A stretch of DNA of 64,000 bases, from the NCBI GenBank assembly GCA_964187785.1, contig OZ076411.1, forward strand, positions 42,470,001 through 42,534,000, written 5' to 3'. Below are positions 1 to 13,577 of this stretch, piece by piece. Every line of letters starts with the position of its first letter. The stretch's first letter is position 1. Below the pieces are notes generated by a model. That model searched no databases. It had not been told where the DNA came from and worked only from the letters and a program-made list of their open reading frames with translations. The translations under genes were made by a program, and so were the position numbers. This DNA comes from Amphiscolops sp. MND2022. Its lineage: Eukaryota.

Positions 1-592
1 GAAATGGTTTACTTAAGTAATAATTATCGTAATAATTACCGTAATAATTATTATGGTGTCGAACAGTATGGCTTTGGATGTTTAGTATGTGACGTAACCA
101 CAAAAATTTGATGGAAACTAAAAGTCATCAAGAATGACAATTCTTTGAAAATTTATCTCTTACATTTTTTCATGAAGGATTCATCACAATGTAGTTTGAA
201 GTTTCCGCGCATCATTTGGATGTCAATTCTGAGCCATGATGTTACCAGTAGCTTCATCTTTGTTTCAGTAGCCACCCAATGCTTCAAGTTAATAGTTTGA
301 ATTAAAACAAACCAGAGTTTTTACATCGCTTAAAATTTTTATCCAAGCTATTACATGTTTGTCTCCAAGTATGTTTTAAAATTGAAATAGTTTTGCAAAA
401 AACGACAGGATAGTTTTATAATATGAGAGTTTTACAAGGATAGCAGCTGAACTTTTTACTTTTTTTTGAAAATCATTTTCAAACTCCATATATACTGTGG
501 GGATATTTTGACTTTGGACATTGTTAGTTGTTGTTAATTTGAATATACTTACCTCCAAAAGTAACGTCGCTAACATGAATTTCAAAATAAAA

Positions 593-1735
593 CTAGAATA
601 GCGGGTTGATAGCTCGTATGCCCTCCGTATGCCTGTATGCAGATCGAATTTCGTGGGGCATGGACCGGATAAGCTCTATAAGAAAACCTGGATCGATCGA
701 TTGCCAAGCCTCGATAATTGCCTTTGCCAATTCGCGCAAGTTTTCAGGTTTTCTTTCTTGAATTCTGCGTTTCATCCAATCCCAGATATGCTTAATCGGA
801 TTAAGATCGGTACTGATAGGTGGCCACGACAAAATGGGTATATTGTTCGCTTCCAAGAAAGAAGTTGTTGGCTCCGCACGATGAGCAAGTGCATTGTCAT
901 GGTGCAATTCAATGACAACTGGAAGTTCGCTGAAAACGCCAGAGCTTCTCTCGATGACTTCTTGAATATACCATTGATAATTGAGGGCCTTCTTGAGTCA
1001 TTGTTCAGGTTATCCCGGCATTCATTAGTGAGAAGCACATTTGAGCATTTTGGTTCGGTGCAATGCTGCTTAGAGCGTGCATGCCACGCGTGCATCTCGC
1101 TTCCGTCTGGTCGGAATCAGTCCCCTAAATGATTTTACTGTCTGACATAGGTGTCCGGACATTACGCCCAAAGACATTACGCCCAAGGACATTACGCCCA
1201 AAGCGGACATTACGCCCAAACGTAAATTACGCACAAGGAAATTACGATAATGTAATCAGCTATGCGCACATACCCTTAGTGCCCTAAATGCAGGAGCGAA
1301 GCGAAGCGGAGCGACGTGCCATATGGCCATGCCTCGATATTGCTACTTGGCGAAGGGAGCGAAGCGACCGAGCCATACAACAAATATTAAAACCTCTTCA
1401 AATAATAACCTGAAAAAAATCGCTGCTATTCGCTTTGAATAGCTTAATTTTCTTGGGCGTAATTTCCGTTTGGGCGTATTTTCTTTGGGCATAATGTCAT
1501 TGGGCGTAATGTCTTTGGGCGTATTGTCCTAAAACCCTGACATATGGCCTCTCACATTGGCACGTCGTTGTCTAACCGTTCTCGAAAGAGGGTGACCAGT
1601 CCTTTTCAGGTTTTTCACTGATCCGGTTTGATCGAATGTTTTGTTCAATCGCTGAATTGAACGGACAGAACAATGAAAATGATGACAAATTACACGAATT
1701 AACACCAAAAATACCCACTCCCCTAATTTAGTCAA
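593..1735 (-). pseudogene. Tc1/mariner transposase remnant, split by a MITE at 1150-1536
   Basis: HHDNALAH and WPPISTDLNPIKHIW (ORF 593-907), NVLLTNECR (degenerate VLFTDESR, ORF 772-1095) and an N-terminal HTH-like RSIQRLNKTFDQTGSVKNLKRTG (ORF 1529-1735). Frameshifted, with altered catalytic residues. Confidence 0.85.
1150..1536. mobile_element. Foldback-type MITE with tandem GACATTACGCCCA arms and a central core ('core Y')
   Basis: 8-bp TSD CTGACATA at 1142-1149 and 1537-1544; arm repeats are inverted at the two ends; GG...CC termini. Confidence 0.8.
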
Positions 1736-4270
1736 GTTTAGCTAAGCAAAGGTAGCTACATGTTTCAATCGTGAGCCTATGTGTTTTCTAGTTGAGGAAA
1801 ACAATCGGAAAATGTCCAAAATTGGAAAATTGTGAGTATAATGTTGACAAATGAAAAACGTCGGAATTTTTGACTCCTTTCTTCTAAACTTCAAGGAACT
1901 TTATATCTTTTCCCAAGTAAAGGGTAGCGAAAATAGAATTTTTTCGACATTTTTGTTTGATATTCATTATTCATTAGGCTCCAAATGTAATAACTGAAAT
2001 AACTATCTATGTAGTACGCCTGGCAAATGAAAACCTGTCCTAGGTTAGAATGTTGTAATATTCGACTGAATCCGATATCTAGTAAGACAAGGGATTTTAC
2101 GTTTTAGTTTCATTACGATACATATGCCGCAACGAACAAGCAAGATTAACATACACTGTTACAGTTATTCGAAGACCATCGAATAATTGGACTCGCTCGA
2201 TAAGTTTACTTTGAAACGCAGAGCTGAAACTTTTTAATTGAATTTTTTTAATATTGAACCTTTTTAGGAACAATAGAATGTCACGGATTTCTTATTGTGA
2301 ACCTTCCATGATTTTAGCAAGTATTCCAGGTCCCATAATTTGCCATGATCCTGGCAAATGTTTTATGTTTTCAAACTCCTGGGTTTTGGAAACTAAGATT
2401 TCATTCAAGTCTTCGTTGAAAGTAAATAAATTTTGCCTAATTTCTTTTGCAATTGGAAAAATTGCAAAGCAGAACTCCATTTATACAAACACATTATGTA
2501 TTTTAGTTCCCCCATTTGTTCAATGAAAGCCATTTTGGTAGTATTATTCTTTTCTTCTAAAATCATTGGCATGATAAATATTTAATATAAATCATTCATT
2601 TGGTTCTGTACTCGCTCGGGACTAAAATGGTCGTTGCAAAATGCACGCTTCTAATTTCCAGATTTTCTAGGCAAATTATATGCGCGCATATGATGATTAT
2701 ACACAGTCCTTTCCAAGAAATTGTGACATTGGATTTGTGTCGGCTCATATAATACTCGACTTGCATTTCTTTCTTTGTGCAACTGTCTCCGTTCTTAGCT
2801 ATTGTATGATTGTTCTGTCGGAGACAGTATATAACTAGGCTCAAAGTGTCTCTTGGAAAAACTTGTCATCTTCAGTTTTTTTTCGAGAAAGTAATCGAAG
2901 AAAAATCCTTTTTGAAAACATACATCGCAGTGGTTTGTCTGCTTTATGTGAGCCTTAGTGGCGGCGCTAACTTGGTAATGGTCAACATTTATGAAATGAA
3001 AAGCAAGGTAACCAATTTGAGTGAAAAATTATGGTAATAAAGCAAATTTTTTAACATTTCCATAATACGTCAGTTTGATTTTCCCGCTGTGTAACCTTTC
3101 ACGGCATTACAAATACGCATGAAACGGGCTAGTTATTTCCCATGTGTAGCATGAGTAGGCGTCGTTGCATTAACCAAAATTGACTTTATGAGAGTGAAAA
3201 ATGATTGAAAGACCTTGCATGATATTTATTAATCACAGGCTGTTATGCAATGCTAGATAAGCAGCTGCTTGCGTCATAGTCTCTATCAGCAACCGGGGAA
3301 CTGGGGGGGGGGGGGGTTAATAGTCAAGGTAGAGATATCTCCATCCATTAAAAACGAGGAAAGACGTTCCCTTGAAAATTCAGGAAGAGATATTATTTTG
3401 CTTATTCCTCGTTCGCTGATTGGACGAAATGTTGTGCTCCCAAAAATTTTATTCGCATTCATTTTTCACTGTTTCCTCTGCAGCTACGTTAGATTGTTAC
3501 TCTCATTTTCATCCGTCTTTCCATTCATTCATTCTAGCTTCGTTTCTCCAACTGGATTTATAAAAATTTTATGAACACGCTCCTTCTAATACAGTGGTGG
3601 TATTCTCTTGGAATTATTTCCTCACTGCAACTGTACAGGTCTTTCCTGTAGCAAATTTTTGGTTTCGATCCAGTTGAATCGCAGCAATGACATATATACC
3701 ACAACTACCCACTGTAACTACTTTTTATTCTCACTCTTAACCACATGCTACTACATTTTTTCGTTTTTACGTGTTTCAAAAATTAGTCAGCTACAACTTA
3801 AAACAGTGAGTATTACTGTACGGTTCCACTTTCTACTCTTTCCAACCACGAGTTTAAACGAAACATCCGATATTCTCATATTTGTATTTTCCAAGCATCA
3901 AGATAACCAGCTTGTAATTTGCATTACAAATAATTTGGAAATTCCAACTGTTTCACAAGCACTGTAAAACTATTCAAACATTTCCTTTCATTTTTGTCAA
4001 TTTATTTTGGACACACGAGGTAAGTGAACTTAATTTGTAATTTAAAATATGCAAGCAGGATTTGATAATCGTGAGCCTGAAATGAAATTTTCAAACAAAA
4101 TGCTTGAAGGATCCTTCTTAGTTAAAATATGCTTTGAAGGCCTTCGTAAAAGAACAAAGTATATTCTCAAGTTTCCTTTTTTCGCACAAAATCCACCTCC
4201 GAATGATAATTACACTTTAGCGTCAGTATGAGCAAGCCGAGAACACCTCAAAGTCGGCGCCAAAGAAATT

Positions 4271-4340
4271 GGACTCTGGCGAGAATTGAAATCCGTTCTT
4301 CTGCTTCAGGAGCCAGCGCTCTAACCACTATGCCAACTAG
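4271..4340 (-). repeat. tRNA-derived SINE head or tRNA pseudogene
   Basis: Minus strand reads GTTGGCATAGTGGTTAGAGCGC (A box) followed by a degenerate B box (GATTTCAATTCT); no complete cloverleaf. Confidence 0.5.
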
Positions 4341-4409
4341 AATATCGAGATCACCTTTCATATCGGCGGTCGCACTGTCCGTTTGGCCGCATTTGTGTCT
4401 CCTTTAAAG

Positions 4410-4874
4410 AAACGAGACGGGAAAGTCTAAAGTCGGCGCTATATCTAAGTCTCAAAAAGCACAGATTTTTTGAAAAACTGTCTTCGAACCTCCGCTTCCT
4501 CCTTACTAAAACGCAATATAGTTCGGATATAACGTCAAAAATTTGGATTTAGAACTTTACTCCGGATAATACAAGGGGACTTCAATAAAATTGAAGGGAG
4601 GACCCTTTGGAGACAAAAAGTTCGACAAAGTCACGCATTGCTGAAAAAAAATTGAAAGGGGGGACCCTTCAGTCTCGTCTGATTTTGTATGTTACGTTTA
4701 AAAAGTAAAAAAAGGACAGGGGGACCATTTGCAATAACTTAGATACGTTTCACAGGTATTCGTTAAGTTGAACAAACTGAACTAAAATTTCGTCGCATTC
4801 GAGTCTGTCTTAAAGAGAAAAAACGAGTGACTCTTATAGTCGGGCTCTTTTATTCTAAAAGCACCGACTAAAAA
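4410..4874 (+). mobile_element. Copy of the abundant GTCGGCGC...GCGCCGACTAAAAA repeat family (Helentron-associated HINE/DINE-1-like by architecture)
   Basis: 5' AAGTCGGCGC, 3' AGTCGGG...CCGACTAAAAA stem-loop and internal AAAGGGGGGACCCTT motifs shared with many other copies in the window. Confidence 0.55.
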
Positions 4875-7800
4875 GTGACTGATAGTCTGGGGATTTCAGT
4901 TAAAATAGCGCCTAGTAAAATCAAACCGGGAGCAGCCAAGTCGGCGCGCCGCTCGAGGCTCGAAATAATTGTTTTCTCTTAGATTTTTACATTTTCTTAA
5001 GTTTTCTAAATTCTTTCACTGTTTAAATAATAGACCAATTGTGAAACCTTTGGGCTCTTTTTGCTTTTATTTGGCTACAGAACTTCAAACTACGCAAATG
5101 GCAAAACTTTTGGAACATTCAAATACGGATGTTCTAATCCCAGCAAAAGTTTGGATCCGAAAACAATACAGATTGGATTATCCGAAGAAAAATTCAACAT
5201 TCAATTCAAGATTTAATTAATTTAATTTTAATTACATTCTTGTTCGATTGAAAGAGTCATATTCATTGGGAAAACAACTATGAGAAAAGACCCGGAACTA
5301 ACATGTTCAGTCACAGCATGCATCCTTTCGGCTATGAAGAATGATTGTTCGTGAACCTATGTTGTTTTTCTCCATTATCTGGTTACTGACACCTGATGCA
5401 AGCTTGTGTTCGCAGAAAAATAGGATGACTGGGATCTGAGAAACATAGCCAAAATTAGTCCAAAAATTACCAAATGACAATAAATTACGTAATTTGTTTT
5501 CAATATTTTGATCCGTTTCTTTACCACACATGCGGCTCTGGTTCACTAAATGAGAGTTGAATTTCTGAAACAACCAAAACCATGCTTACTTGCTGCATGC
5601 TAATTATTGTATACATGCTTTGATGACCATCGATTTGATAATTTGCTTGTACAGTCTTGATAGACGGAACCCTTGGTGAAAGCTATTACGTATCTTTCAA
5701 GAATTTTCCGAAAATGTCTCCGGGGAATTTTTTCTCAGCTACTCAAGTTTGCAAATGCGTAGTTCAAATAATGAAGACAGTGAAGATTTGGGCATATTCA
5801 ATGCCTCTTCATTTGCCTCTTCATGTTGTGTTCACGTCGTTAAAAGGGAGACGAATCGATCGGTACTCGCTCGGTTGGCCAAGTATGTAAGTATATTAAC
5901 AGAGCGTTTCCTCTCTTTCTTTTTCCTTCTCTGATTCATAACACGTAATTCAACACCAAATAATGATGCTTCTTTTTTACGCTCAGTCAAAAACGCTGCA
6001 TTTTCTTAAAATAGAGAAATTATATGTTTGTCATCCCTAATGGAAGCCAAGCTTGCATGTCTAAATTTCTTTAAAAAATTCTATCCACGTGTAACATCTA
6101 ACTTGATTTGTTTTGCCAATCGTTCAAGCAAAATCACTCTCCAAAATTTCCGCCGATTCAAGCTGTGATGCTTGACGTCATAAATTGCTTTTTCGGGGTG
6201 TTGTTGATTCAGTTTTTTCTTCACGCCCCGGGCTGTGTGCACACATCACCGACTGTTCTCAGCACTCGCAGTGTTTAATGGCATTGGCGAAGGAAAAGTT
6301 GAAAGGGTGACTTTCAGTTACAGTTCAAACAGAACCAATCTAAGTAATCAATCTCGCGGCCCAGCCACCGTAATGGCCTTTCAAGTTGTTGCACGAATGT
6401 TTCTACATTGCATTGTTTTGAATAGCGCGCTTGATGTTCAGGATCAAAGGCGATTAGATTTGGCTATTTCGTGAATTAGATTCCCTTTCCCCTAGTCTCC
6501 CGAGCCTAGCTAGTCTGCGCTCCTCTAGAAAGGGGCGTCTTTTCCGGGAAAAAAAAAGAAGGAATCGAGCCAGAGAGGCACCTCAGAGGGGGCGTTTCAA
6601 TTTTACATTGATGATATTGTCATTTTTAATAACTATCATTTTCAGGTTCTTAATATTCAACTCAGTATACTGGAAAAAATTACACCCGAATGGCTAATGC
6701 TTGTTAGGCCAAGTTGCTTCTCTTTTTTTTGCCACAATAATCTATAAATCTTGTGGCAAACCGTTTGCACCAACCATTTGTCTACACAGAGGGAGTTTGC
6801 AGAGTAACACGGGGAGACAACCCTGTGTAATCAGTCGGTGGCCATGACACATTTTGCGGCGGCCATGGGTCATCAGTGGGTTTCTGTGGAGTGTCAGTAC
6901 GGGAAAATTGATTGAAAAAGCGCATTCGAAATGTCAATTGACCCTATATGAGATGAGTCATTTGTTTTTCCATTGACTAACAACAATTGTGTCACCGTTA
7001 ATTCGTTAATTCACCGACTGGCTTCTGTAACATAACATCCAGTGACCGTCTTATCTTTTTCCAGAGTTTTGACATTACTGTTTTTATCACCAATTGTTAA
7101 ACTGCCTACATCAAAATAGTTCATTTTCTGAATTTTTCGAAGTCATCAAATAATATTTGTTTAGGTAATTTAAGAAAATGAAATGAGACTTGAGCACGTT
7201 TTTGCGTCAGAGAATTTCAGATATGTTGCGTTTTTGCGTCATAGGAACTCAAATTTCGAAAATTCAAATAGAAAGGATCTTTAATTGTTTTCATAGCATG
7301 TTGGGAAACGGGGGAACCAATGCTCAAGATTATATCTCGCGTCGTAAACTGACTGCTTGAAACTGTCACCTTTTTGCTTTTCAATTTGCATGAAAGGTAT
7401 GTCATTTGCTATTTTTATTTGAATTGGACATTACGCACTGAAGGCGCTTTTCCTTTCTTATGGAAGACACCCCTACCACGTGGCTTGGCTAGGTCTTTTG
7501 AATGTTCAATGACCTCCCCCCTTTTTGTCTTCTTTCAATATTGAACCTTTGAAAATATTTCTATCCCTTCCCATTGTGTGGTTTGTTCATGCTGTTATAA
7601 GAATCACACAACTGAACCAATAAACGAAATTTTGACAGAATGCTTAAATTAAACATAAACGCTAAATGCCAATGGGCATCTTAAAATCCCTTCTGCCTGC
7701 AATTTAAAGCCACTCTTTAAATTTTTAATGTGCAGCCTTCGTTAAGTCCTTACAGTATCAATTATAGGAGCATTTCTATTTGAGACAAAAGAGAATTTAG

Positions 7801-9030
7801 TTCGATTTGTTCTATCGAGTGGTCGTTTCAGCTTCAGTGCAAAACAGAAAGAGCACTTAATTTTTGAGGACTCAGATGTTTTGGCCGTTTTCAATTTGTT
7901 TCCAATGCTTTTAAGGTGGCTCATGTCTGTTTTGTATGCTGCAGCCTGTGGACTCATTCAATTACCGGGATTTTCTCCGAAGTTTTATTTGCATTTGTAA
8001 AGGATTGAAAAACACTTTCGAGATTCGTTCGGTTGTGAACAAAAACTCCAGCAGCAATTGTTTCATTTAAGTATCCAGGCCATATTCATGCTTCTGAATG
8101 TTTGAACTGAAGGCGTACTTTTCCATACTTCTCACTTTAATGATATCTATGTGTGAACGTATCTGAAATTTTGATGATCAACAGATACTGAAAAACATCT
8201 TTGAAATTATCCAAAATGCTTTAAAAGTATGAAAAATTATTTTTGGTTTTCCGAAGTTTGTCCCCGACTGTCACGTGCATTCGGAAAAGACAAGACAGTG
8301 ATTGCGTAAGTTTCTTTCCTTCTTGAATTCTTAATGCTTGCATCTTTGATTAATTTTCCTCCAAAATAATGCCATATCATCTCAAAATCTTCTCTCAACT
8401 GTCACATGAATGACGGTGATCAATATTTTTAATCCAAGTTGAAGAAATAAAAGCTCCTCAATATTTGATAGCAAAAGCGAGGTTGTCTGTGAATCAGATG
8501 GATCAATCAAAATTGAAGTGGCTCAGCCTGCTAACGTTTCTTCTTGTCCTTTTATGCTGTGAAAATGATTGCGAGTATCGAAAGCTTGCTTATTCATTTT
8601 CCTCCCTTATTTGACAACTTGAGTTATTGATTTTTTTATCTCCTAAATTTTTCTTATTCATGACAGAAATGGATAAGTCAACCCATGTGTCTTGCGGAGG
8701 CTTATATTCGTGTATTAGAAGTCCACAAATTTGAGAAAACAGCTAGACTATAACATTGCATCCATTTTTTCAGTCGCGAGGGATGAAAAATTCGCAGAAG
8801 ACATTAAAAGGTATTAGCGTCATTTTTCGCAAGGGAGAGGGCTGTCTTGGGTGGGAGGGGACAATTTTTTGGGTGCAACTTGCCATGTAATCAGACCGCT
8901 CCCGACGATCGATTAAATTATGACACGATGACCTAATTTCTAAGTTTTTCTGAACTTGGCGATGTTTTCCAACGTTTTTGGTACCTTTACCGATACTACA
9001 AACAGACTCTGCAGCTTGCAGCGTATCGAT

Positions 9031-10064
9031 TAGGGCTGTTAGATTGTTAGTCAAATTTTATTTTTAACGTTCATAACAGTTAAAAAGCAAAAAAACATGT
9101 AAATTATGTTGAAAATGTTAAAAACATAAAACTGAGATTAACAGATAATTTCAACATATAAATACGTTCACATGTTCAGTTGCCTGTACAAAAAGGCCAA
9201 CTTTCCTGCCTTTTCCACTCCCCTTGACTTTCGATTGCCATAAGTATATCCAAGAGTCGAGAAACAAGTCCTCCTGAAGACGATGTACCAGAAACCAATG
9301 ATAATGCTACCTCAACCAATCGCTTATCAAATCCATGTTGAAGTGAAGATCTCCACCATGCGGTAGGTTCTGCGAGGCTATACGGTGGCTCAAAGTATCC
9401 CGTCTTGTACGGCGGGAGTTTAGACATAAGCTTCATGACATGTGGCACAACATTTGGATCAATTTCCTTAAAATAATCGAGAGCACTTTTCGTATCTTCA
9501 GAATCCATTTTCCCAGTGTAACGATGGTCTATCAAATTTGCAGCCAAAATTACCGGATTATCATTCACTGCCTTTTTGTAGCGCTCACATGTCTCATCAT
9601 TAAATTGGTCAGGGGTTTTGTAGCAGGGGTCGTAGCTCCCACCATATTTCAAAGCATTCAGAAACGACGCACGAATCTCGTTGCATACGGTCAAGAGCTT
9701 TGCTCATCGGGCTAAATACGCACAGGAGATCGGAAAAAGTTCGCTTCAATCGGACATCAGATACGACAGTGGAAGCCCATCTGCTGCAAAAATTCCAATG
9801 CCCCCTCATTCGCTCAGCGTTGTTGACCATTTCATGGCTGCAGTTTCGACATCTTGCTCTGATATTGCCACCGACCTTCAATTCCTCATAGTGATCCCAA
9901 ATTTTGTCTTTAGTCCTTCCCTTTAAGCATCTGAAAAACAAATGGAAATCGAGTACTCGGTATTTATTTTTAACGTTTTTTACATTTTGTGTTAAAAACG
10001 GAGTGTTAATAACAGATAATTATGCCAATGTTAATTAACAGTGTTTTTTATCATAACAGCCTTG
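9031..10064 (-). mobile_element. Internally deleted hAT transposon with BED zinc finger and C-terminal transposase fragments
   Basis: 8-bp TSD GTATCGAT (9023-9030, 10065-10072); TIRs TAGGGCTGTTA / TAACAGCCTTG; BED finger IWDHY..C..C..N..RM..HW..C (ORF 9609-9941); AANLIDHRY and WW..L..VALSL..SS dimerisation-like motifs (ORF 9176-9694). Confidence 0.85.
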
Positions 10065-12279
10065 GTATCGATACCAAAAAAACTGTTTACCGATTCACCA
10101 CCTTTGTAATATGGGCACATTAAACATTGTAATTCTGCCCACATGTGGTTTGTATGCACACAGTCCTTAGTCCTTATTAAAACTCGAAATGAATGACATC
10201 GCGAGAGGTCGAGCTAACCATCTCGACTCGACAAATATCAAACTATATTGTCTTGTAGACTAAGTTCATGCTTAGTATTGCCTTGTAGACTTATTTTATG
10301 TTTAGTTAAATTATAATGGCAAGTTACGATAGAGCCAAAATAGGCTATCCCGTGACTCCGTTTTCCTCTTTAGATTTTTCCGAAACGGTTAACAATGTTT
10401 TTTGAAGGACCGCAAAGACTTCAACACTTTTCATGTCTGATTGAGCTGCAAAACTCATTAATATCTATCCAAAAACTGCAAAGTCCATTATTTGCATCTT
10501 TTTAACATTTACCGCTCATTAAGCTTTCAACAGGCGTAGACTTGTGCCGTTTCTATATTTTTGTGGAAAATTAGACAATGTACGTGCAGGCAGTTTCCTA
10601 TTGACTTTTAAGAATTAGATCAGCTTTTCGCTTTCAGTTTTGGTACAGTTACACCGTTTGTTGTACCAATCATGGAAGGTTTTTTCTGGTTACAGTTCCG
10701 CAGCATGGATTGTAGAAGACAACGTGGTACCATTTGAATGACTCACACTTGAAAATGTCTACAACTGCCTGCTGGTTTTCACATGTATAATTCAAAATTC
10801 ATTATAGTTGATCTATCTATCATTACAAAACATTCTATGGACTGTGCATCTCTGGAAGAATGCCTCTTTTAGCGTGTATATGATTCAAAATACCATTTAA
10901 TATGCCAATTTAATGTAGTTGCGACCATGAGAGTACTATACTCTTTTTCGACCCCTGAATTCGTCATCGAAGTTTACTGCTAAATTATTTTCATTTTGAA
11001 AAGGCGACTGTTTCTTTAGACGCGGCTCCGATACAAATAAAGAAAACAAAAACATTGACTTATCAAAGGGGAGTAGATTTATCTTCAATATGTGGCGGTA
11101 AACAACGTACTTTTTTGTATGGAAGAGCCATGCTTCGAGGTAAATGACCTTAATCGCATTGAACTTTTTAAATGCCGAGATAACAATATCTTTTGTTTTC
11201 TGAATAAAAAATTAGTTTCTAAAAACCACAAAACTGTCAATCCCAACCTGATTTTTTTTGGAATTTCTGACGCAAAATTTCAAATGTTTTAAATTGAAGA
11301 TTACTAATTTTGAATTTTTGGGGGTAAGAAACTAATTTTTTATTCCTTGAAAAAATTGGATGCTTTTGATGTACCTCGTTGGAATTTTATATAATCTGAG
11401 ATTTTTGGACATTTTTCTCATATCTAGAAGAATGTTGTATTTTGAAAGTCATTAAGTCATTCAAGAAATGTGTAAAACCTTTTTTTGCCTTCGTGTGAAA
11501 TTTGTGAATCCGACCGTATTGATCGAATCAGGGTCTTATCTGAAATATAATATAATTCAAACGCATGATTTGTTCTGTACTTTCTGCTTTTTTTCCAATT
11601 TCTGTGGTTTCAGTTGAAAAAGCGGAAAAACCCTTTAAACCGACTGTATTCACCATTTTTTCCACAAGCGGTCGGCATTCAAAGCCTCAAACACTTAAAT
11701 GAAATTCCTACGTTTTCGCGCAAAAGCAAAGCATTGTTAAAGCCTAAATCCAGTTTCGTAGGCGAAATTTTTCTTTCATCTAATTTTTGTTATTTTTGGA
11801 GTACTGATTTCCAAGGCGAAGCTTCATGCTATGGAAATGCGAACTGTGCTGAACCGGAATTAAGGGCGCTGTAAACAAAAGCCGCTTGTATCTTTTTATT
11901 CTTTCACGAAGATTAACGACGGGCGCCATCTTTGAGATCTTAGCTGCTAATTTTCCTCATAATCCAATTCCACGTGATTTTTTGAAGAAAACTAAAGCGC
12001 CTTTTTCTTTTTTCTTCGCATGGACATTTGCTGAAAAACATAGTAATAGCAGCAGGGATTTCACCAATATAAATGTTGGATTTTCAATCACACGGGAAAA
12101 ATCAATCTGTTTTTGTATGCGATTTTTGCAGATAATCCATGACAATGGGTGTGCTCGATGGCGTCGAAATCTAAAATCCTGTCTTCATCATCTTGATTCC
12201 ATGTAGCCGAATAATTTATTCCCTAGAAGCGGTTCGGTTCAAGATTCATTCCTACGAAGAGGCAGCGCTTTGGAATATG

Positions 12280-12528
12280 AACAAACCGTGGACGGCATAA
12301 GTCGGCGCCCCGCTTCAATCTCGCAGTGTCGGAAAAACATTTGGGCTTGAAAAGGTTTTGTCTAACTGGAAACATCAAAAAACCAAAAGGGGATCCTTTT
12401 GGAAAATAGATTTTTTTAAAAAATGCTCAGTTCCGCACGAAATGGTCACTTCGACCAAAAGAGAAAAAGAAAACAACAAAAAGCCACTGTAATAGTCGCG
12501 TTTTGTTTCATAAAACACCGACTAAAAA
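12280..12528 (+). mobile_element. GTCGGCGC/GCGCCGAC-family repeat copy
   Basis: AAGTCGGCGCC near 12299 and ATAGTCGCG...ACCGACTAAAAA at the 3' end. Confidence 0.55.
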
Positions 12529-13577
12529 TAGCGTGCATGTTTGCAATAAAACTTGTACAATATTCACACTCAATTATTAAATTCTGCTCAAAAGAAGTTT
12601 TGTGTGACCACTGGAGACGGATGCAAAATTTTTGGTCTTCATGTTTTTGGTCTATTGTTTTCCATCATAAAAGGGTGCATGTTGTATTATGGTTTTTTAC
12701 TTGCAAAACAAACTACAATTTTCATTTCCTCATAACTAAATAACAGTCTGCTCCAAACAGTTGTTTTCCATTCACCAGCTAATTTTCCGCACACGCATTT
12801 TTGCTTGCTCTTTTTCACTGTTGAGCAGTGCCTGCTAATGACAGCCTGCAAAACTAAACAGCCATAAAAATTTCGTTAAACAAGCTTAACTCTGCAATTG
12901 TGGACCACTCGAACTCTCCAGGGACGGTTGTTGTTTTCTTTTCCACAAAAGAGTGAAAAATTGACAAGAAAAGGGTGAAAATAGATTTTCAACTTCAAAA
13001 TTATTCTTTTTGGTAAGTTTTCGTGTTTTTATAAACACCAATGATTTTATCCATTCATTCTCTATTATTTATCTAACTTGATCATTTTTACCTCTGATTT
13101 CATTGACACATTTTGACATTGGTCTATTAAACTGTTAGTTATTTATCATCTTTCGAAAATTATCTTAGCGGAGTATTTTTATGATGTAATCCTATGACAT
13201 GTCAGTTTTTCCGACATTTCAAACTTTTCTCAAATATCTGCAAATAGCTGCTCTGCTCTAATTTCAATAAAGCAGCTAGTTGAAGCTTTGGGAAACTTCT
13301 GTTCGAAAAATGGCAAATTTGAACATTTTTTGAGTTTTCCGAATTGAGATTCAGTATAAATTTTACTTGAGTTCTTTCAATTTTCCCAAATTTTATATCA
13401 GGTTAGGCCAATTAGCTCCACAGGGAATTGAGAAGAGCTCATTTTCATTGGGAGGGGAAACAATAAGGCCTGAAAACAGAAGGTAGGCATTATTTAGCAG
13501 GGCAACTTTGCTGTTTCTCAGGGTAGTCTTGATACTTATTTAATAGTGGAAAGTAGCTTTTCTTCTTTAGTTCTAAT

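Noticed and set aside
1150-1240. Short tandem direct repeats (also at 22230-22680, 53240-54260, 58320-58410, 60280-60370) resembling CRISPR arrays
   Set aside because: No unique spacers of regular length and no cas genes; the repeats are mirrored at the other end of each element and the context is eukaryotic, so these are foldback MITE arms.
3303-3316. G14 homopolymer
   Set aside because: Isolated run with no associated structure; its length is also error-prone.
2250-8700. Short ORFs and splice-like sites (e.g. GTAAGT at about 5887 and 8306) suggesting exons of a further gene
   Set aside because: No recognisable domain and no consistent exon chain could be built by eye; needs RNA-seq or homology search.
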